DNA of 64,000 bases from Terriglobia bacterium (GCA_963695545.1 OY968796.1:2592001-2656000); one strand, 5' to 3'. Shown: positions 9,802 to 20,306, numbered from the stretch's first letter. A program made the numbers and translations. Notes: generated by a model not told the origin, from the sequence alone.

Positions 9802-10979
9802 TGGAAATCGCGCGACCCACGCCGCGGACTGGAATCGCGCGGCCCGCATCAGCGCCCACTCCGCTTGCGGAATTGCTCGCGCAAGAGATTGCCGCGCACG
9901 GCCCCATCACATTCGCGGAATTCATGCGCGCGTGCCTTTATCATCCCGAACATGGGTATTACACGCGGCCGGACGCGACGCGTTTGGCGCAGGCCGATTA
10001 CGCGACGAGCGTGGATCTGCATCCGATTTTCGGGCGTTTGCTCGCGCGGCAACTCGCCGAGATGTGGCGCGCGATGGGCGCGCCTGCGGAATTCTGGTTG
10101 GTGGAAGGCGGCGCGGGAACGGGGCGCCTCGCGGCGCACATTCTGGATTTCGCGATGCGCGATTTGCCGGATTTTTATGGAGCGGTGCGCTACTGCGCGG
10201 TGGAACTTTCGGCGGCGCGGCGTGCGGAACATCGCGCGGCGATTGGCCGGCATATCGAGGCGGGGCGCGCGGAATCCTGCGCGGAACTTCCGGAGACAAT
10301 TCCCGCGGGCGTGATTTTCTCGAACGAATTGCTGGATGCGCTGCCGGTGCATCGCGTCGCGCGGAGCGGTGGCGAGCTGCGCGAAATTTATGTGGCACTC
10401 GATGGGGACGGGCGATTGAAGGAATCGGCGGGGCCGGTTTCGACGCCGGCCCTCGTGGAATATTTTCGCGAGCAGGGAATCGAGTTGGCGGAAGGGCAGC
10501 AGGCCGAAGCGGGCCTGGAAGCCGCGCGGTGGATTGAAGACGCGGGGCATCGGCTGGCTCGCGGATTCATTTTGACTGTGGACTACGGATATGCGGCGCG
10601 CGAGCTTTACGACGCGGCGCGCGCGGGCGGGACGCTGCTCGGATACGAGCGGCATCGCACGACCGAGGATTGGTTTCGCGCGCCGGGGGAACAGGATTTG
10701 ACGGCGCACGTGAACTTCACGGCGGTTGAAATGGCCGGCCGGCGAGTGGGGCTCGAGCCGGTGGGGTTGGTTTCGCAATCGCATTTCTTGCTGGCGCTGG
10801 CTGGGGCGAACCAGTTGAAGGATTTCGAGGATCCGGGGGCGAGTGAGGTCGAGCGATATCGGACGCGTTTGGCGTTTCAAGAGTTGATTCATCCGGATGG
10901 GATGGGGGAAGCGTTCCGGGTGTTGGTGCAGGAGAAGGGAATTCGCGGGGCGCGGCTCGCGGGGCTTTTGGCGATCTGA
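9798..10979 (+). CDS. SAM-dependent methyltransferase, MidA/NDUFAF7 family
   Basis: GPITFAEFMRACLYHPEHGYY, VEGGAGTGRLA, FSNELLDALPVH, VDYG, PGEQDLTAHVNF, MGEAFRVL. Confidence 0.93.
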   Translation: MMEIARPTPRTGIARPASAPTPLAELLAQEIAAHGPITFAEFMRACLYHPEHGYYTRPDATRLAQADYATSVDLHPIFGRLLARQLAEMWRAMGAPAEFWLVEGGAGTGRLAAHILDFAMRDLPDFYGAVRYCAVELSAARRAEHRAAIGRHIEAGRAESCAELPETIPAGVIFSNELLDALPVHRVARSGGELREIYVALDGDGRLKESAGPVSTPALVEYFREQGIELAEGQQAEAGLEAARWIEDAGHRLARGFILTVDYGYAARELYDAARAGGTLLGYERHRTTEDWFRAPGEQDLTAHVNFTAVEMAGRRVGLEPVGLVSQSHFLLALAGANQLKDFEDPGASEVERYRTRLAFQELIHPDGMGEAFRVLVQEKGIRGARLAGLLAI

Positions 10980-11055
10980 ATGCGAGCGGCTGGCGGCGAG
11001 TGGCGAGTGATGAGAGGCGGCTTCGCCAGTCGAGTGCGGCTCGGGCGGAGGCGAG

Positions 11056-11400
11056 AAGTGTATATACACCCCCGGTATGTTTTGCGAAAGAACGGCAAAC
11101 AAAGGGGATGCAGGGAAAGAGTCCGCATGAGTGTGAAAACACAGGGGCGTAATGTTGCGTGGATTCAATGAGTTGCGCACTCTTTTGGAAGAGTGTGAAA
11201 ACAAACGGGTTGGAGAGGCGGTTTTGACGGGATTTGCGCGAAATGCGGTGCGTTTGAAGGCAGCAGTTTGGGGAACGCGCAGGAATTCGAGCGCGGGGCG
11301 GGGAGACGCGAGGAGTTGTTGCGTCTTCATACCATCTTTTAGCATGGAATTCTACACACGTCAATAGTATTTTATGAGTATAGTATTCGAATAGAGTTTT
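11056..11400 (-). repeat. Dispersed element copy A (promoter plus 159-bp core with four 25-bp units); inverted homolog of 37505-37982
   Basis: Reverse complement of 11056-11214 aligns without gaps to 37824-37982 (115/159 identical, counted by hand); TTGACG-17-TAAAAG promoter at 11364-11336. Confidence 0.85.
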
Positions 11401-11441
11401 CGAAGGCCGGTCGAGGACGCTCGTTGGTGCCATTCGAAAAG

Positions 11442-11573
11442 AATGTGTCGCCCCTACGGGGCTTAAAACAAATGATGAAAATATAAAATTGGGCTGCGTA
11501 CCTATTGAAGCGACGCGCTCCGCGCGTTCCGAGGCTTCCGCCCTGGGCTAAAATGTGCCGCCCCTACGGGGCT
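11442..11573. repeat. Two REP-like direct repeats AATGTG(T/C)CGCCCCTACGGGGCT
   Basis: Copies at 11442-11463 and 11552-11573; palindromic GCCCCTACGGGGC core containing GTAG on the minus strand. Confidence 0.8.
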
Positions 11574-11642
11574 GATTGGCGGGCGGTGGCGATTTGTCGA
11601 ACGATATCTGCGCCGGCAACTTCTCCCGCGCGAAGGCAAGAT

Positions 11643-11665
11643 GGAGGCCTGAAGGCCTCCGCTAC
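11643..11665 (-). repeat. GTAG-type REP palindrome
   Basis: Minus strand reads GTAG-C-GGAGGCC-TTCA-GGCCTCC. Confidence 0.7.
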
Positions 11666-11797
11666 ATAAACCTGCGTGATGGGCGGCGGCGGTTGTCTGC
11701 CGATGGCTGGCGAGGGCGTGCGGCTTAGTTGCGTCGGCGATGCGGACTGGGATGAGGTTGTGGTGCTGAAACATATGCGCTGTGTTGGGAGATTGGA

Positions 11798-12202
11798 ATG
11801 ACAGAGTTCGGGACTAAGCGACTTCCGGCGAGGGCGAGTGGGACGGCGCCGGATGGGACGGCGGTGCGCACGCTGCTCGGGCTTGCGGGCGGGAGTCTGG
11901 CGCATTTTGAGCTGGCTGCGGGGAAGACTTCGGGGGCGGTGGCGCATCGGACGGTCGAGGAGATTTGGTTTTTCCTGAGTGGGCGTGGCGAGATGTGGCG
12001 CAAGCAGGGGGATCGGGAAGAGGTTGTGGCGGTCGATGCGGGGGTGTGTCTGACAATTCCGGTTGGGACTCGGTTTCAATTCCGAAGCTTCGGGGATGAG
12101 GCGCTCGCCATGGTGGTGATCACGATGCCTCCGTGGCCTGGGAGCGATGAAGCATACGAGGTGGAGGGGAAGTGGGAGGCGACGGTGGGGAATCGCGATT
12201 AA
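11798..12202 (+). CDS. Cupin domain protein
   Basis: AVAHRTVEEIWFFLSGRG...LTIPVGTRFQFRS cupin motifs. Confidence 0.88.
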   Translation: MTEFGTKRLPARASGTAPDGTAVRTLLGLAGGSLAHFELAAGKTSGAVAHRTVEEIWFFLSGRGEMWRKQGDREEVVAVDAGVCLTIPVGTRFQFRSFGDEALAMVVITMPPWPGSDEAYEVEGKWEATVGNRD

Positions 12203-12223
12203 ATGTGCCGACGCTACGGGGCT
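12202..12223. repeat. Third copy of the REP-like repeat, at the cupin stop codon
   Basis: AATGTGCCGACGCTACGGGGCT, two mismatches to the copy at 11552. Confidence 0.75.
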
Positions 12224-12306
12224 GTGAGGGCCGTACATCGTGGCGGGGCAAGTTGAGGCAGCGTGTCAGTTTCCCAGTAGCCCGTTAATCAAGAGTTGGA
12301 CCAACT

Positions 12307-12636
12307 TTATTGCTGGCCGCGACGGTATTGTTGGGAAATCCGCCAAATCTCACGCGAAATTTCCGCGTACCGCTCTCGGGGACCAGCAATCACACTGTCG
12401 AACCAACGGACGAATTCTTCATGGACAACTTGCAAGACGTCATCCGCAGACCGACAACCGCTCAGTCTTGGCAGGATGGTTTCAGTCTCGACTTCGTATT
12501 CGTCAGTGTTGTGGCCATAATTGATGCCGATCGGGTCGTATTGAAATAGCAGCTCAGCTATCTCGTCAAATAGTTCACCATATTCCGCTCTCAGGCGGCG
12601 ACGGCTTTCAGCAATCTCTTCTCGCCTTCTGTCCAT
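12307..12636 (-). CDS. Small helical hypothetical protein (weak DUF1871-like)
   Basis: YDPIGINYGHNTDEYEVETETILPRL motif; lower GC than its neighbours; AGGGA RBS before ATG 12636. Confidence 0.7.
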   Translation of the reverse strand: MDRRREEIAESRRRLRAEYGELFDEIAELLFQYDPIGINYGHNTDEYEVETETILPRLSGCRSADDVLQVVHEEFVRWFDSVIAGPRERYAEISREIWRISQQYRRGQQ

Positions 12637-12748
12637 AGTGTCCCTGCAATTGCTGCCCATTCTATCGATTTTCTCCAACTCCTGGTAAGTCGGATTTTCG
12701 GAGGCTGACGCGCTGCTGACCGTACGCGCGGATCGAAGCGGCGGGGCG

Positions 12749-15136
12749 CTAATTTTGGGACATGTGCTGGGGATCGGTTTTGTTGTTTAGTGTGGGCGCG
12801 CCTGACGGACTTGCGGGAGCGGGGGCGGCGGGGGCGGCTGCGGGAGTGGTTGCGGCGTTAGCGGAGGCGGAGGCGGGGGCGGAGCCAGAGCCGGGGCCGA
12901 GGTCCTGATAGGGCTGCTTGAGATATTTTTGGGCTTCGGCTTGGGCGCCGCTGGTGTCGTCGTTGGTGTGGCGGGCCTTGTCGTATTCGTTGACGGCTCG
13001 GGTGCGGTCTCCGCTGAGGTCGTAAATCTTTCCAAGATAAATGTGCGCCCAGACGTCGACCCACTTGGTGGTGGAATCGGTTTCGCCGTCGAGCGAATTG
13101 CGGAAGGCTTGCGCGGAGGCGGCGAAATTTTTCTGGTAGAAGAAAGCCTCGCCCATGCGGAAGCTCGCGAGGGCGTTATCGGCCTGGAGATTGAGCGCGT
13201 CTTCGTATTCCTTCACGGCGTCGTAGAAGCGGCCTTGCTCGGCGAGGTCTTCGCCGGTGGCGATGATGGCGCGGACGCGCAGCGCGGGACTCGATTTCAA
13301 GATGTCGTTGTGCGGATCGAGGCGCACGCCGTCGGGGGTGGGGCGGCCGAAAGTTTCGATGACGAAGTCGGTGGAGGTGCCGTTGACGTCGATCATTTTG
13401 TATTCGGGATTGCCTTCGGTGAGGACCTCGACTTCCACGGGCATGTTGAAGAAATCGAGAGCCTGCGTGATCTTGCCGACGATTTTAAATCCCTTGGGAA
13501 TGCGGTAGACGATGTACTGGAGGCCGAATTCTGGGACGCCGGTGGAATGCAGCCATTGCGAAAAGAACGGGCGCAGGTTGAGAGGACCGCTGGGCGGCGC
13601 GCCGGCGCGCGAAGAGCTGCCGGCGGAAAGGACCAGGCTGCCAGTGCCGGTGGCGGGCGGCTTGGTGACGGGCAGAGCCGCGGCGCGGGCAATGGCCATG
13701 TTTTCAAAATCCGCGATGCTGGCTGAGCCGCCCTGATATTTCGCGTAGAAATCGCGCAGCAGAGAATGAAAGGCGTCGTCGCCGATTTGCGCGCGGAGCA
13801 TGTGGAAGACCATGGCTCCTTTGTTCACCACGACGGAGCGGTAAGGATCGGAATAGGGCGTGAGGCGGGCGGCTTCGGCGATGGGCGCGGCGTCTTCAAA
13901 CATGAGCGAGCCAACGGCGAAATCGGTGACGGCGCGATCCATGGCGTCAACGCCGCTGGTTTCTTCGGCGTAGAGCGCGCCGGCGTAACGCGCAAGGCCG
14001 TCGGTGACCCAGACATCATTGGGCGTGGCGGCCATCACTTGCACGCCCCACCATTGCGAGGCGATCAGATTGGCGAGCAGCACGGGATTCGGCGTGGGCG
14101 ACCAGAGTCGATGGGAGATCAGCACGAGGCCGGGCGCGGTGAAGCTGGGAAGCGAGCCATCGGGAAGTTGCGCGACGGAAATCGTGGTGTCGGGAAGCTG
14201 GCCCCACTGGTCGGTGAAATAATTCGCGATGCTCGCGGCCATTTGGCCGTAGGGCTGTGCTGTGGCCGCGGCCGGCACCGGAACGTACGCGAGGACGTCC
14301 AGGCCTTCGGCTTTCACCGGATTTAATTGCAGCGCGCCGGCGACGAACGTGCCCGCGGCTTCGGGATGATCCACGCGGAACGTGTAGATCAGATGCGGCG
14401 GAGGCGGGGGCGGCGGCGGCTTGGATGTGTCGATGACCGGGCCGGGCGCGGCGTTGGGGTTGATGACCGGAACGGGCGCGGGCGCTTTCGATTTTCCGCG
14501 ACCGGTGGACGGCGCGGACGCCGGAATTTCCGCAACTGTAGTGGGGGCTTGCGCCGCGCCTGTGCCGACGACGGCGAAATCGCCGGGGACGTTGATGTTG
14601 AATACGGCGGTGAAGCGATTCGATGGGTAATCGGTGAGCGGGAACCAGCGCGCGGGAAGCAGGAGATACGCGCCCTGCGACGTGATCGACGCGAGAGTGA
14701 TGTTGCGAACGGGGCTGTTTTCTTCGTTGACCAGCGGGCCGGAATATTGGAAGTCGATGGTGACTTTCGAGCCGGTGGTGATGAGATCGGCGAGGGTGAT
14801 GCGCAGGATGAGCGGATTATCCTGGTCGCGCTCGAAGCCGATGATTTTGCCGGAGGAGCTTTTGAGCGCGGAAACTCTGAGATTGGGATGCAATTCGACC
14901 TGCACAACGTGCGATGGATTGAGCGCGACGAAATCGACTTTGACGTCAGCGATGAGAGATTGGCTTGCGGGATCGATGGAGGCGGTGAGGTCGTAGTTCG
15001 TGGCGCGAAACGCGGGACCTTCCTGGAGGACGGGCGCCGATTGCGGCGCGCCAGGTTCCTGGGCGAATGCCGAGGCGGCCGAGAAGAGAATGGCGATCAG
15101 TAGCGCGGTGCGCAGCTTGAGCATGAAGTCGGGCAC
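12749..15136 (-). CDS. M1 aminopeptidase-fold protein with C-terminal TPR, probably catalytically inactive
   Basis: Signal peptide; ARWFP, QWWG, KGAMVFHMLR, FFSQWL M1 motifs; HEXXH replaced by NLIAS; C-terminal TPRs. Confidence 0.85.
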   Translation of the reverse strand: MPDFMLKLRTALLIAILFSAASAFAQEPGAPQSAPVLQEGPAFRATNYDLTASIDPASQSLIADVKVDFVALNPSHVVQVELHPNLRVSALKSSSGKIIGFERDQDNPLILRITLADLITTGSKVTIDFQYSGPLVNEENSPVRNITLASITSQGAYLLLPARWFPLTDYPSNRFTAVFNINVPGDFAVVGTGAAQAPTTVAEIPASAPSTGRGKSKAPAPVPVINPNAAPGPVIDTSKPPPPPPPPHLIYTFRVDHPEAAGTFVAGALQLNPVKAEGLDVLAYVPVPAAATAQPYGQMAASIANYFTDQWGQLPDTTISVAQLPDGSLPSFTAPGLVLISHRLWSPTPNPVLLANLIASQWWGVQVMAATPNDVWVTDGLARYAGALYAEETSGVDAMDRAVTDFAVGSLMFEDAAPIAEAARLTPYSDPYRSVVVNKGAMVFHMLRAQIGDDAFHSLLRDFYAKYQGGSASIADFENMAIARAAALPVTKPPATGTGSLVLSAGSSSRAGAPPSGPLNLRPFFSQWLHSTGVPEFGLQYIVYRIPKGFKIVGKITQALDFFNMPVEVEVLTEGNPEYKMIDVNGTSTDFVIETFGRPTPDGVRLDPHNDILKSSPALRVRAIIATGEDLAEQGRFYDAVKEYEDALNLQADNALASFRMGEAFFYQKNFAASAQAFRNSLDGETDSTTKWVDVWAHIYLGKIYDLSGDRTRAVNEYDKARHTNDDTSGAQAEAQKYLKQPYQDLGPGSGSAPASASANAATTPAAAPAAPAPASPSGAPTLNNKTDPQHMSQN

Positions 15137-15183
15137 GCCCTTTCGGGCAGTGGTACGTACGGATCGACTGCTCGGATCAACTA

Positions 15184-16380
15184 CTAGGATACCAGAGTCC
15201 GAGGCGAGGGTTGCCCCGCGGGTTCGGGCAAACTCGCGGCCGGGGTTCCGGCTCCGGTCAACATGGCGGCGATGATGTCGGCGGCGCGGTCGATGGCGCC
15301 GGCGGCGCCGAGCTTGGCGCGAACTTCGGCGAGATCGCGGCGCATGAGGTCGCGCTCGGCGGGGGAATCGAGCAGGCGCGCGGTTTCCATCGCGAGGCGT
15401 TCGGGCGTGAGGTCGTCCTGAATCAGCTCGGGCACGATGCGTCGGCCGGCGATTAGATTGACCATGGCGAACATTGGCGTGCGAACCAAGCGGCGCGCGA
15501 CTGCGGCGGTGAACGGCGCGACGCGATAAACCACGATCATCGGCGTGCCTAGAAGCGCGGTTTCGACTGTGGCTGTGCCGCTGGACACGATGGCGAGATC
15601 GGCCGCGGCGACGGCGTCATACGTGGCGCCTTCGACGACTTTCATCACGATGCCGGATTGAAGATAGGGCACGATTTCGCGGGTGGTGAGGCCGGGCGCG
15701 AGCGCGAGGACGAATTGCGCGCCGCGCGACGGTCCGACGGACGCGCACGCAGGGAGAATGTGCGGGAGATGCTGGCGGAATTCGCCGGGACGGCTGCCGG
15801 GGAGAATCGCGACGATGGGACGCGCGGCGTCGAGACCATGGTCGGCGGCGAATTGTTGGCGCGTGCGTGCGGCGCGGACTTCGCCGACGAGCGGATGACC
15901 GATGAAATCGGCGGCAACGCCGCGGGCGCGATACCAATCCTGCTCAAACGGAAAAATGCAGAGGCCGCGAACGAAGCGGCGGCGGACGAGATTCGCGCGC
16001 CACGGTCGCCAGGCCCAGAATTGCGGGCAGATGAAATAGACCGAGGGCACGCCTTGAGATTTCAATTTGCGCGCGAGGCGCAGATGGAAGCCGGGAAAAT
16101 CCGTGAGGATGGCGAGGGCGGGTTTGCGGCGGCGCGCTTCGCGCGAGAGGCGGCCGAGCACGCGCACGATGCTCGGAATCTTGGCGAACACTTCGGTGAT
16201 GCCGAGGACGTGGACTTCGCGATAGTCGGCGACGATTTCAACGCCGGCTTCACGCATGCGCGGACCGCCCATGCCGAATAGTTGAACCGGCAGGCGTTCG
16301 CGCAGGGCGGCGGCGAGGCGGGCCGCGTACATGTCGCCGGAAGCTTCGCCGGCCGAGATCAGGATGGATGTTTCGGGCAT
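15184..16380 (-). CDS. lpxB: Lipid-A-disaccharide synthase
   Basis: ISAGEASGDMYAA, GMGGPRM, DFPGFHLRLA, PQFWAWR, FIGHPL, LPGSR, SGTATVE. Confidence 0.97.
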   Translation of the reverse strand: MPETSILISAGEASGDMYAARLAAALRERLPVQLFGMGGPRMREAGVEIVADYREVHVLGITEVFAKIPSIVRVLGRLSREARRRKPALAILTDFPGFHLRLARKLKSQGVPSVYFICPQFWAWRPWRANLVRRRFVRGLCIFPFEQDWYRARGVAADFIGHPLVGEVRAARTRQQFAADHGLDAARPIVAILPGSRPGEFRQHLPHILPACASVGPSRGAQFVLALAPGLTTREIVPYLQSGIVMKVVEGATYDAVAAADLAIVSSGTATVETALLGTPMIVVYRVAPFTAAVARRLVRTPMFAMVNLIAGRRIVPELIQDDLTPERLAMETARLLDSPAERDLMRRDLAEVRAKLGAAGAIDRAADIIAAMLTGAGTPAASLPEPAGQPSPRTLVS

Positions 16381-16431
16381 GGCGTGATGGCGGCTGTGAT
16401 GGTGACGCGTTGCCGCGCGTGCGGCTGCGGA

Positions 16432-18321
16432 TCAGCCCTCCGAGGGCAGCGGCTCGCGCGCGATCGACGCGGAACCGAGTCCCGCGGAGGTTGCCGGAAC
16501 CGCGAGCTCCTGATCGCGATATTGCAATTGATAGAGCCGGTAATAAATTCCGCGCAGCGCGAGCAATTCCTGATGCGTGCCTTGTTCGCGCAGGCGTCCT
16601 TTATGAAAAACGAGAATGCGATCGGCATGCTGGATGGTGCTGAGCCGATGCGCGATGACGAGCGAAGTGCGTCCTTCGAGCAAGCGATCGAGCGCGGCGC
16701 GGATGAGGAGCTCGGTCTTTGTGTCCACGCTCGAAGTGGCCTCATCGAGAATCAGGAATCGCGGATTGTGCGCGAGGGCGCGGGCAAAGCTGACCAGCTG
16801 GCGCTGGCCGACGGAGAACGTGGCGCCGCGCTCGGTGACCGGCGTTTCGACGCCCTTTGGCAGGGAATCGAGAAGCGGGCCGAGGCCGACTTCGCGCAGC
16901 GCGCGCTCGACGGCGGCGCGATCGATGCCGGGTGTGCCGAGGCGCACGTTAGATTCGAGCGTGCCGGTGAAAAGGAAAGGATCTTGCAGCACGATGCCGA
17001 ACTGGCGGCGCAGATCGCGAACGTCGTATTCGCGAATGTCCACGCCGTCGAGAAGAATTGAGCCGCGCTGAATTTCGTACAGGCGCAGCAGCAATTGAAT
17101 CAGCGTGGTTTTGCCGGCGCCGGTGTGGCCGACGATGGCGAGAGCCTGGCCGGGCGCAATGTGGAAGGACACGTCGCGCAGCACCCAATCGTCATCCTTG
17201 GGCGCGTCGCCGCCGCGATAGGCGTACCAGACGTTGCGGAACTCGATATCGCCGCGTGGATTGACGAGGCGGCGCGCGCCGGCTTGCAACATATTCGGCG
17301 CGGGCTCATCGAGAAGCTTGAAGATGCGTTCCGACGCGGCCATGGCGGATTGCAGGATGTTGAATTTTTCGCTCAAGTCCTGAATGGGCAAAAAGAACCG
17401 TTGGGCGTATTGCATGAAAGCGATCAAGACGCCGACGGTGACGGTGCCGACGAGCGCGCGCAGGCCGCCATACCAGAATGCCGTGGCGATCGCGGCTATG
17501 CTGAACAATTCCACGGCCGGATAGAACAGCGCGAAGGCCAGGATGGTGTCCTTGTAGGCGTCCATGTGCGCCCGGTTGTAGCGCTCGAATTCGGCCTGCG
17601 AATTTTTTTCGCGATTGAAGAGCTGCACGGCGGCCATGCCGCTGATGTGTTCCTGGAGAAAAGCGTTGATGCGGGCGATGGCGGTGCGAATGCGGCGGTT
17701 GGCGTCGCGAACTTTGCCGCGGAAGATCCAGGTGGCGACCAAGATCAACGGCAACACCGCAAACGTCGCGGCGGCCAGGCGCGCGTTCATCCAGAGCATG
17801 ATGGCGGCGATCAAGGCGAGCTGCACGGCGTCGTTCACCATGGCGGCGATACCGGCGGCGAAGAGGTCGTTGAGCGCGTCGACGTCGGTGGTGACGCGCG
17901 TGACCAGGCGGCCGACGGGGCTTTTATCGTAAAAACTCATGGGCAGGATTTGCAGGTGGCTGAAAATTTGCTTACGAAGATCGTAGAGCGCTTTTTGGCC
18001 GACGTTCTGCATGATGCGCGCCTGCAGAAATTGCACGGCGAAGCCGAGAAGCAACGAACTCAGGAACGCGACCGTGACCCAGGCGAGGCCGCGCGAGCCA
18101 ACGGCGAACGAGATTTTGTGATTCACCGTGGGATCGATGTAGCGGTCGACGCCCAACTTGAATAAATACGGGCCGATCACCAGAAGCGGGCCCACAGCGA
18201 TGGTGAGCGCGAGCGCGGCGACGACACTCCAGCCGTACGGACGCAGATAGCCCACCAACCGGCGCGCGAGGCGCGAGTCGTAGACCTTACCGAGCGCTTC
18301 TTCTTCGCGGAAATCGCTCAT
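16432..18321 (-). CDS. ABC exporter ATP-binding/permease subunit (MdlB/YheH-like)
   Basis: TMD plus NBD; Walker A GHTGAGKT, signature FSVGQRQ, Walker B LILDEA, AHR. Confidence 0.95.
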   Translation of the reverse strand: MSDFREEEALGKVYDSRLARRLVGYLRPYGWSVVAALALTIAVGPLLVIGPYLFKLGVDRYIDPTVNHKISFAVGSRGLAWVTVAFLSSLLLGFAVQFLQARIMQNVGQKALYDLRKQIFSHLQILPMSFYDKSPVGRLVTRVTTDVDALNDLFAAGIAAMVNDAVQLALIAAIMLWMNARLAAATFAVLPLILVATWIFRGKVRDANRRIRTAIARINAFLQEHISGMAAVQLFNREKNSQAEFERYNRAHMDAYKDTILAFALFYPAVELFSIAAIATAFWYGGLRALVGTVTVGVLIAFMQYAQRFFLPIQDLSEKFNILQSAMAASERIFKLLDEPAPNMLQAGARRLVNPRGDIEFRNVWYAYRGGDAPKDDDWVLRDVSFHIAPGQALAIVGHTGAGKTTLIQLLLRLYEIQRGSILLDGVDIREYDVRDLRRQFGIVLQDPFLFTGTLESNVRLGTPGIDRAAVERALREVGLGPLLDSLPKGVETPVTERGATFSVGQRQLVSFARALAHNPRFLILDEATSSVDTKTELLIRAALDRLLEGRTSLVIAHRLSTIQHADRILVFHKGRLREQGTHQELLALRGIYYRLYQLQYRDQELAVPATSAGLGSASIAREPLPSEG

Positions 18322-20267
18322 GCGCGCTCGAGCTCCTCTTCGAGCAATTGCTTTTGATACAGATCGGCGTAGTAGCCGTTACGTTCGAGCAATTCTTCGT
18401 GCGTGCCGAGTTCGACCACGCGGCCGAGACGAAGCACGGCGATCTGATCGGCGTGACGAACGGTGGAGCAGCGATGCGAGATCAATATGGTGGTGCGGCC
18501 GCGCATGAATTCGCGCAGGTTGCGGAGGATGCGATCTTCGGTGTCGGTGTCCACGCTGGAGAGTGCGTCGTCGAGGACCAGGATTTTCGGATCGCGGATC
18601 ACGGCGCGCGCCAAGGCGATGCGCTGTTTTTGGCCGCCGGAAACCGTGATGCCGCGCTCGCCGAGCAGCGTCTCAAAGCCTTGCGGAAAATCCTCGATTT
18701 CGGAGGCGATGCCGGCGATTTCCGCGGCTTCGCGGATGCGCTCGGGCGAAGCGTCCTCGACACCGAAGGCGATATTTTCGCCGATCGTCTTGCTGAACAG
18801 AAACGCGTCTTGCGGAACGAAGCCGACGGCGCGACGCAGTTCTTCGAGCGGCCACTGGCGAACGGGACGGCCATCGACAAACAGCGTGCCTTCGGGGGCT
18901 TCCCAGAGCCGCGCGAGCAGCGCCGCCATGGTGGATTTGCCGCTGCCGGTGGGGCCGACAACGGCGAGCGTGGAGCCGGCGGGGACTTCGAGCGTGACGT
19001 CTTCGAGGGCGGCGTCAGTGCGCGCGGCGTGCGCGTCACCGTTTGTGGCCGCAGCGCCGGCAGCTCGATCGCCCGACGGACTCGTGGTGGGATAGCGGAA
19101 ATTCAAATGGCGCAGCTCGATTTCGCCGCGAATTTCCTGGCCGGGCTCGATGCGCGCGGCACGATCGTCGATTCCGGGCTGCGCATCGAGAATGTAATTC
19201 AAGCGCCCCATGGAAGCCGCGCCGCGCTGCCAGATGTTGGTGACGAATCCGAGCGCGATCATCGGGAAAACCAACTGCAGCATGAAATTGTAAAAGACGA
19301 CCAATTCGCCGAGCGAAATGCGATGGAGCATCACGAGGCGGCCGCCCTTCCAAAGCACGAGCAGGAAGGTGAAGCCAATGAGCGTCTGGAGCGCGGGCAT
19401 GAAGAGACTCCAGAAATAAATCAGGCGCAGGTTGCGATCGATGTATTCGCGATTGGGCTCGTCGAAACCTTTGATCTCGGCCTCTTCCTGCGCGTAGGCG
19501 CGAATCACGCGCACGCCGGCCAGATTTTCTTGCGCGCGCGAGGAAAGCGAAGCGAGAGAGGCCTGTATCTGCGCGTAGAGGCCGTGGATTTGGCGGCCGA
19601 AATAGAACACCACGAATGCCACCACCGGCACCGGCAGCAGCACGTAGATGCTTAGCCGAGGCGAAAGCCAGAACATTAAGATCAGCGCGAGCACCATGGT
19701 GGCGAGGGTATTGGCGCTATACATGATGCCGGGACCCAGAATCATGCGCACTGAGTTCAGATCGTTGGTACAGCGCGACATCAGTTCGCCGGTGCGATTG
19801 CGGACGTAATACTCGGGCTCCATTTTCACCAGGTGCTCGAGCAGGTCGTTGCGCAGATCGTATTCAACGTCGCGCGAGAGGCCGATCAGAATCCAGCGCG
19901 TCCAGAATGAGAAAACGCCCTTGAGCGCGACCACCGCCAGCATGGCAACGCAAAACATCACCACGGTGTGCGCGCTGCGCGGGTGATAGGCCGGCAGAAC
20001 GTACAACATCAAGCGGCCCAGGCGGCCAAGCTGCGCCATCGGCTGCGCGGCGCCTTGAATGCAATCGATCACCACGCCGATCACCACCGGCAGAACCGTG
20101 CCGGCGACGCCCATGCCGGCTTGCATCAGCATTCCAACAAGCACCATGCCGGTGTGCCGGCGGACGTAGGGCAGCAGACGCAGCGTGTGGCGCCAGCCGG
20201 ACACGCGCTTGGGCGCGGCGGCGGGCGCGACGACGGCGGCAGGCAGAGTTTGTGCGGCGGCGCTCAT
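18318..20267 (-). CDS. ABC exporter ATP-binding/permease subunit (MdlA/YheI-like)
   Basis: Walker A GPTGSGKS, VSGGQKQR, degenerate Walker B ILVLDD; ATGA-coupled to its partner. Confidence 0.95.
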   Translation of the reverse strand: MSAAAQTLPAAVVAPAAAPKRVSGWRHTLRLLPYVRRHTGMVLVGMLMQAGMGVAGTVLPVVIGVVIDCIQGAAQPMAQLGRLGRLMLYVLPAYHPRSAHTVVMFCVAMLAVVALKGVFSFWTRWILIGLSRDVEYDLRNDLLEHLVKMEPEYYVRNRTGELMSRCTNDLNSVRMILGPGIMYSANTLATMVLALILMFWLSPRLSIYVLLPVPVVAFVVFYFGRQIHGLYAQIQASLASLSSRAQENLAGVRVIRAYAQEEAEIKGFDEPNREYIDRNLRLIYFWSLFMPALQTLIGFTFLLVLWKGGRLVMLHRISLGELVVFYNFMLQLVFPMIALGFVTNIWQRGAASMGRLNYILDAQPGIDDRAARIEPGQEIRGEIELRHLNFRYPTTSPSGDRAAGAAATNGDAHAARTDAALEDVTLEVPAGSTLAVVGPTGSGKSTMAALLARLWEAPEGTLFVDGRPVRQWPLEELRRAVGFVPQDAFLFSKTIGENIAFGVEDASPERIREAAEIAGIASEIEDFPQGFETLLGERGITVSGGQKQRIALARAVIRDPKILVLDDALSSVDTDTEDRILRNLREFMRGRTTILISHRCSTVRHADQIAVLRLGRVVELGTHEELLERNGYYADLYQKQLLEEELERA

Positions 20268-20306
20268 AGTCTTTTGTGTTAGATGTCCTAAACGAAGCGC
20301 GGACTC

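Noticed and set aside
11442..12223. Possible CRISPR array from the 22-bp repeats
   Set aside because: Only three copies with irregular spacing (110 and 650 bp), one interval contains a gene, and there are no cas genes.
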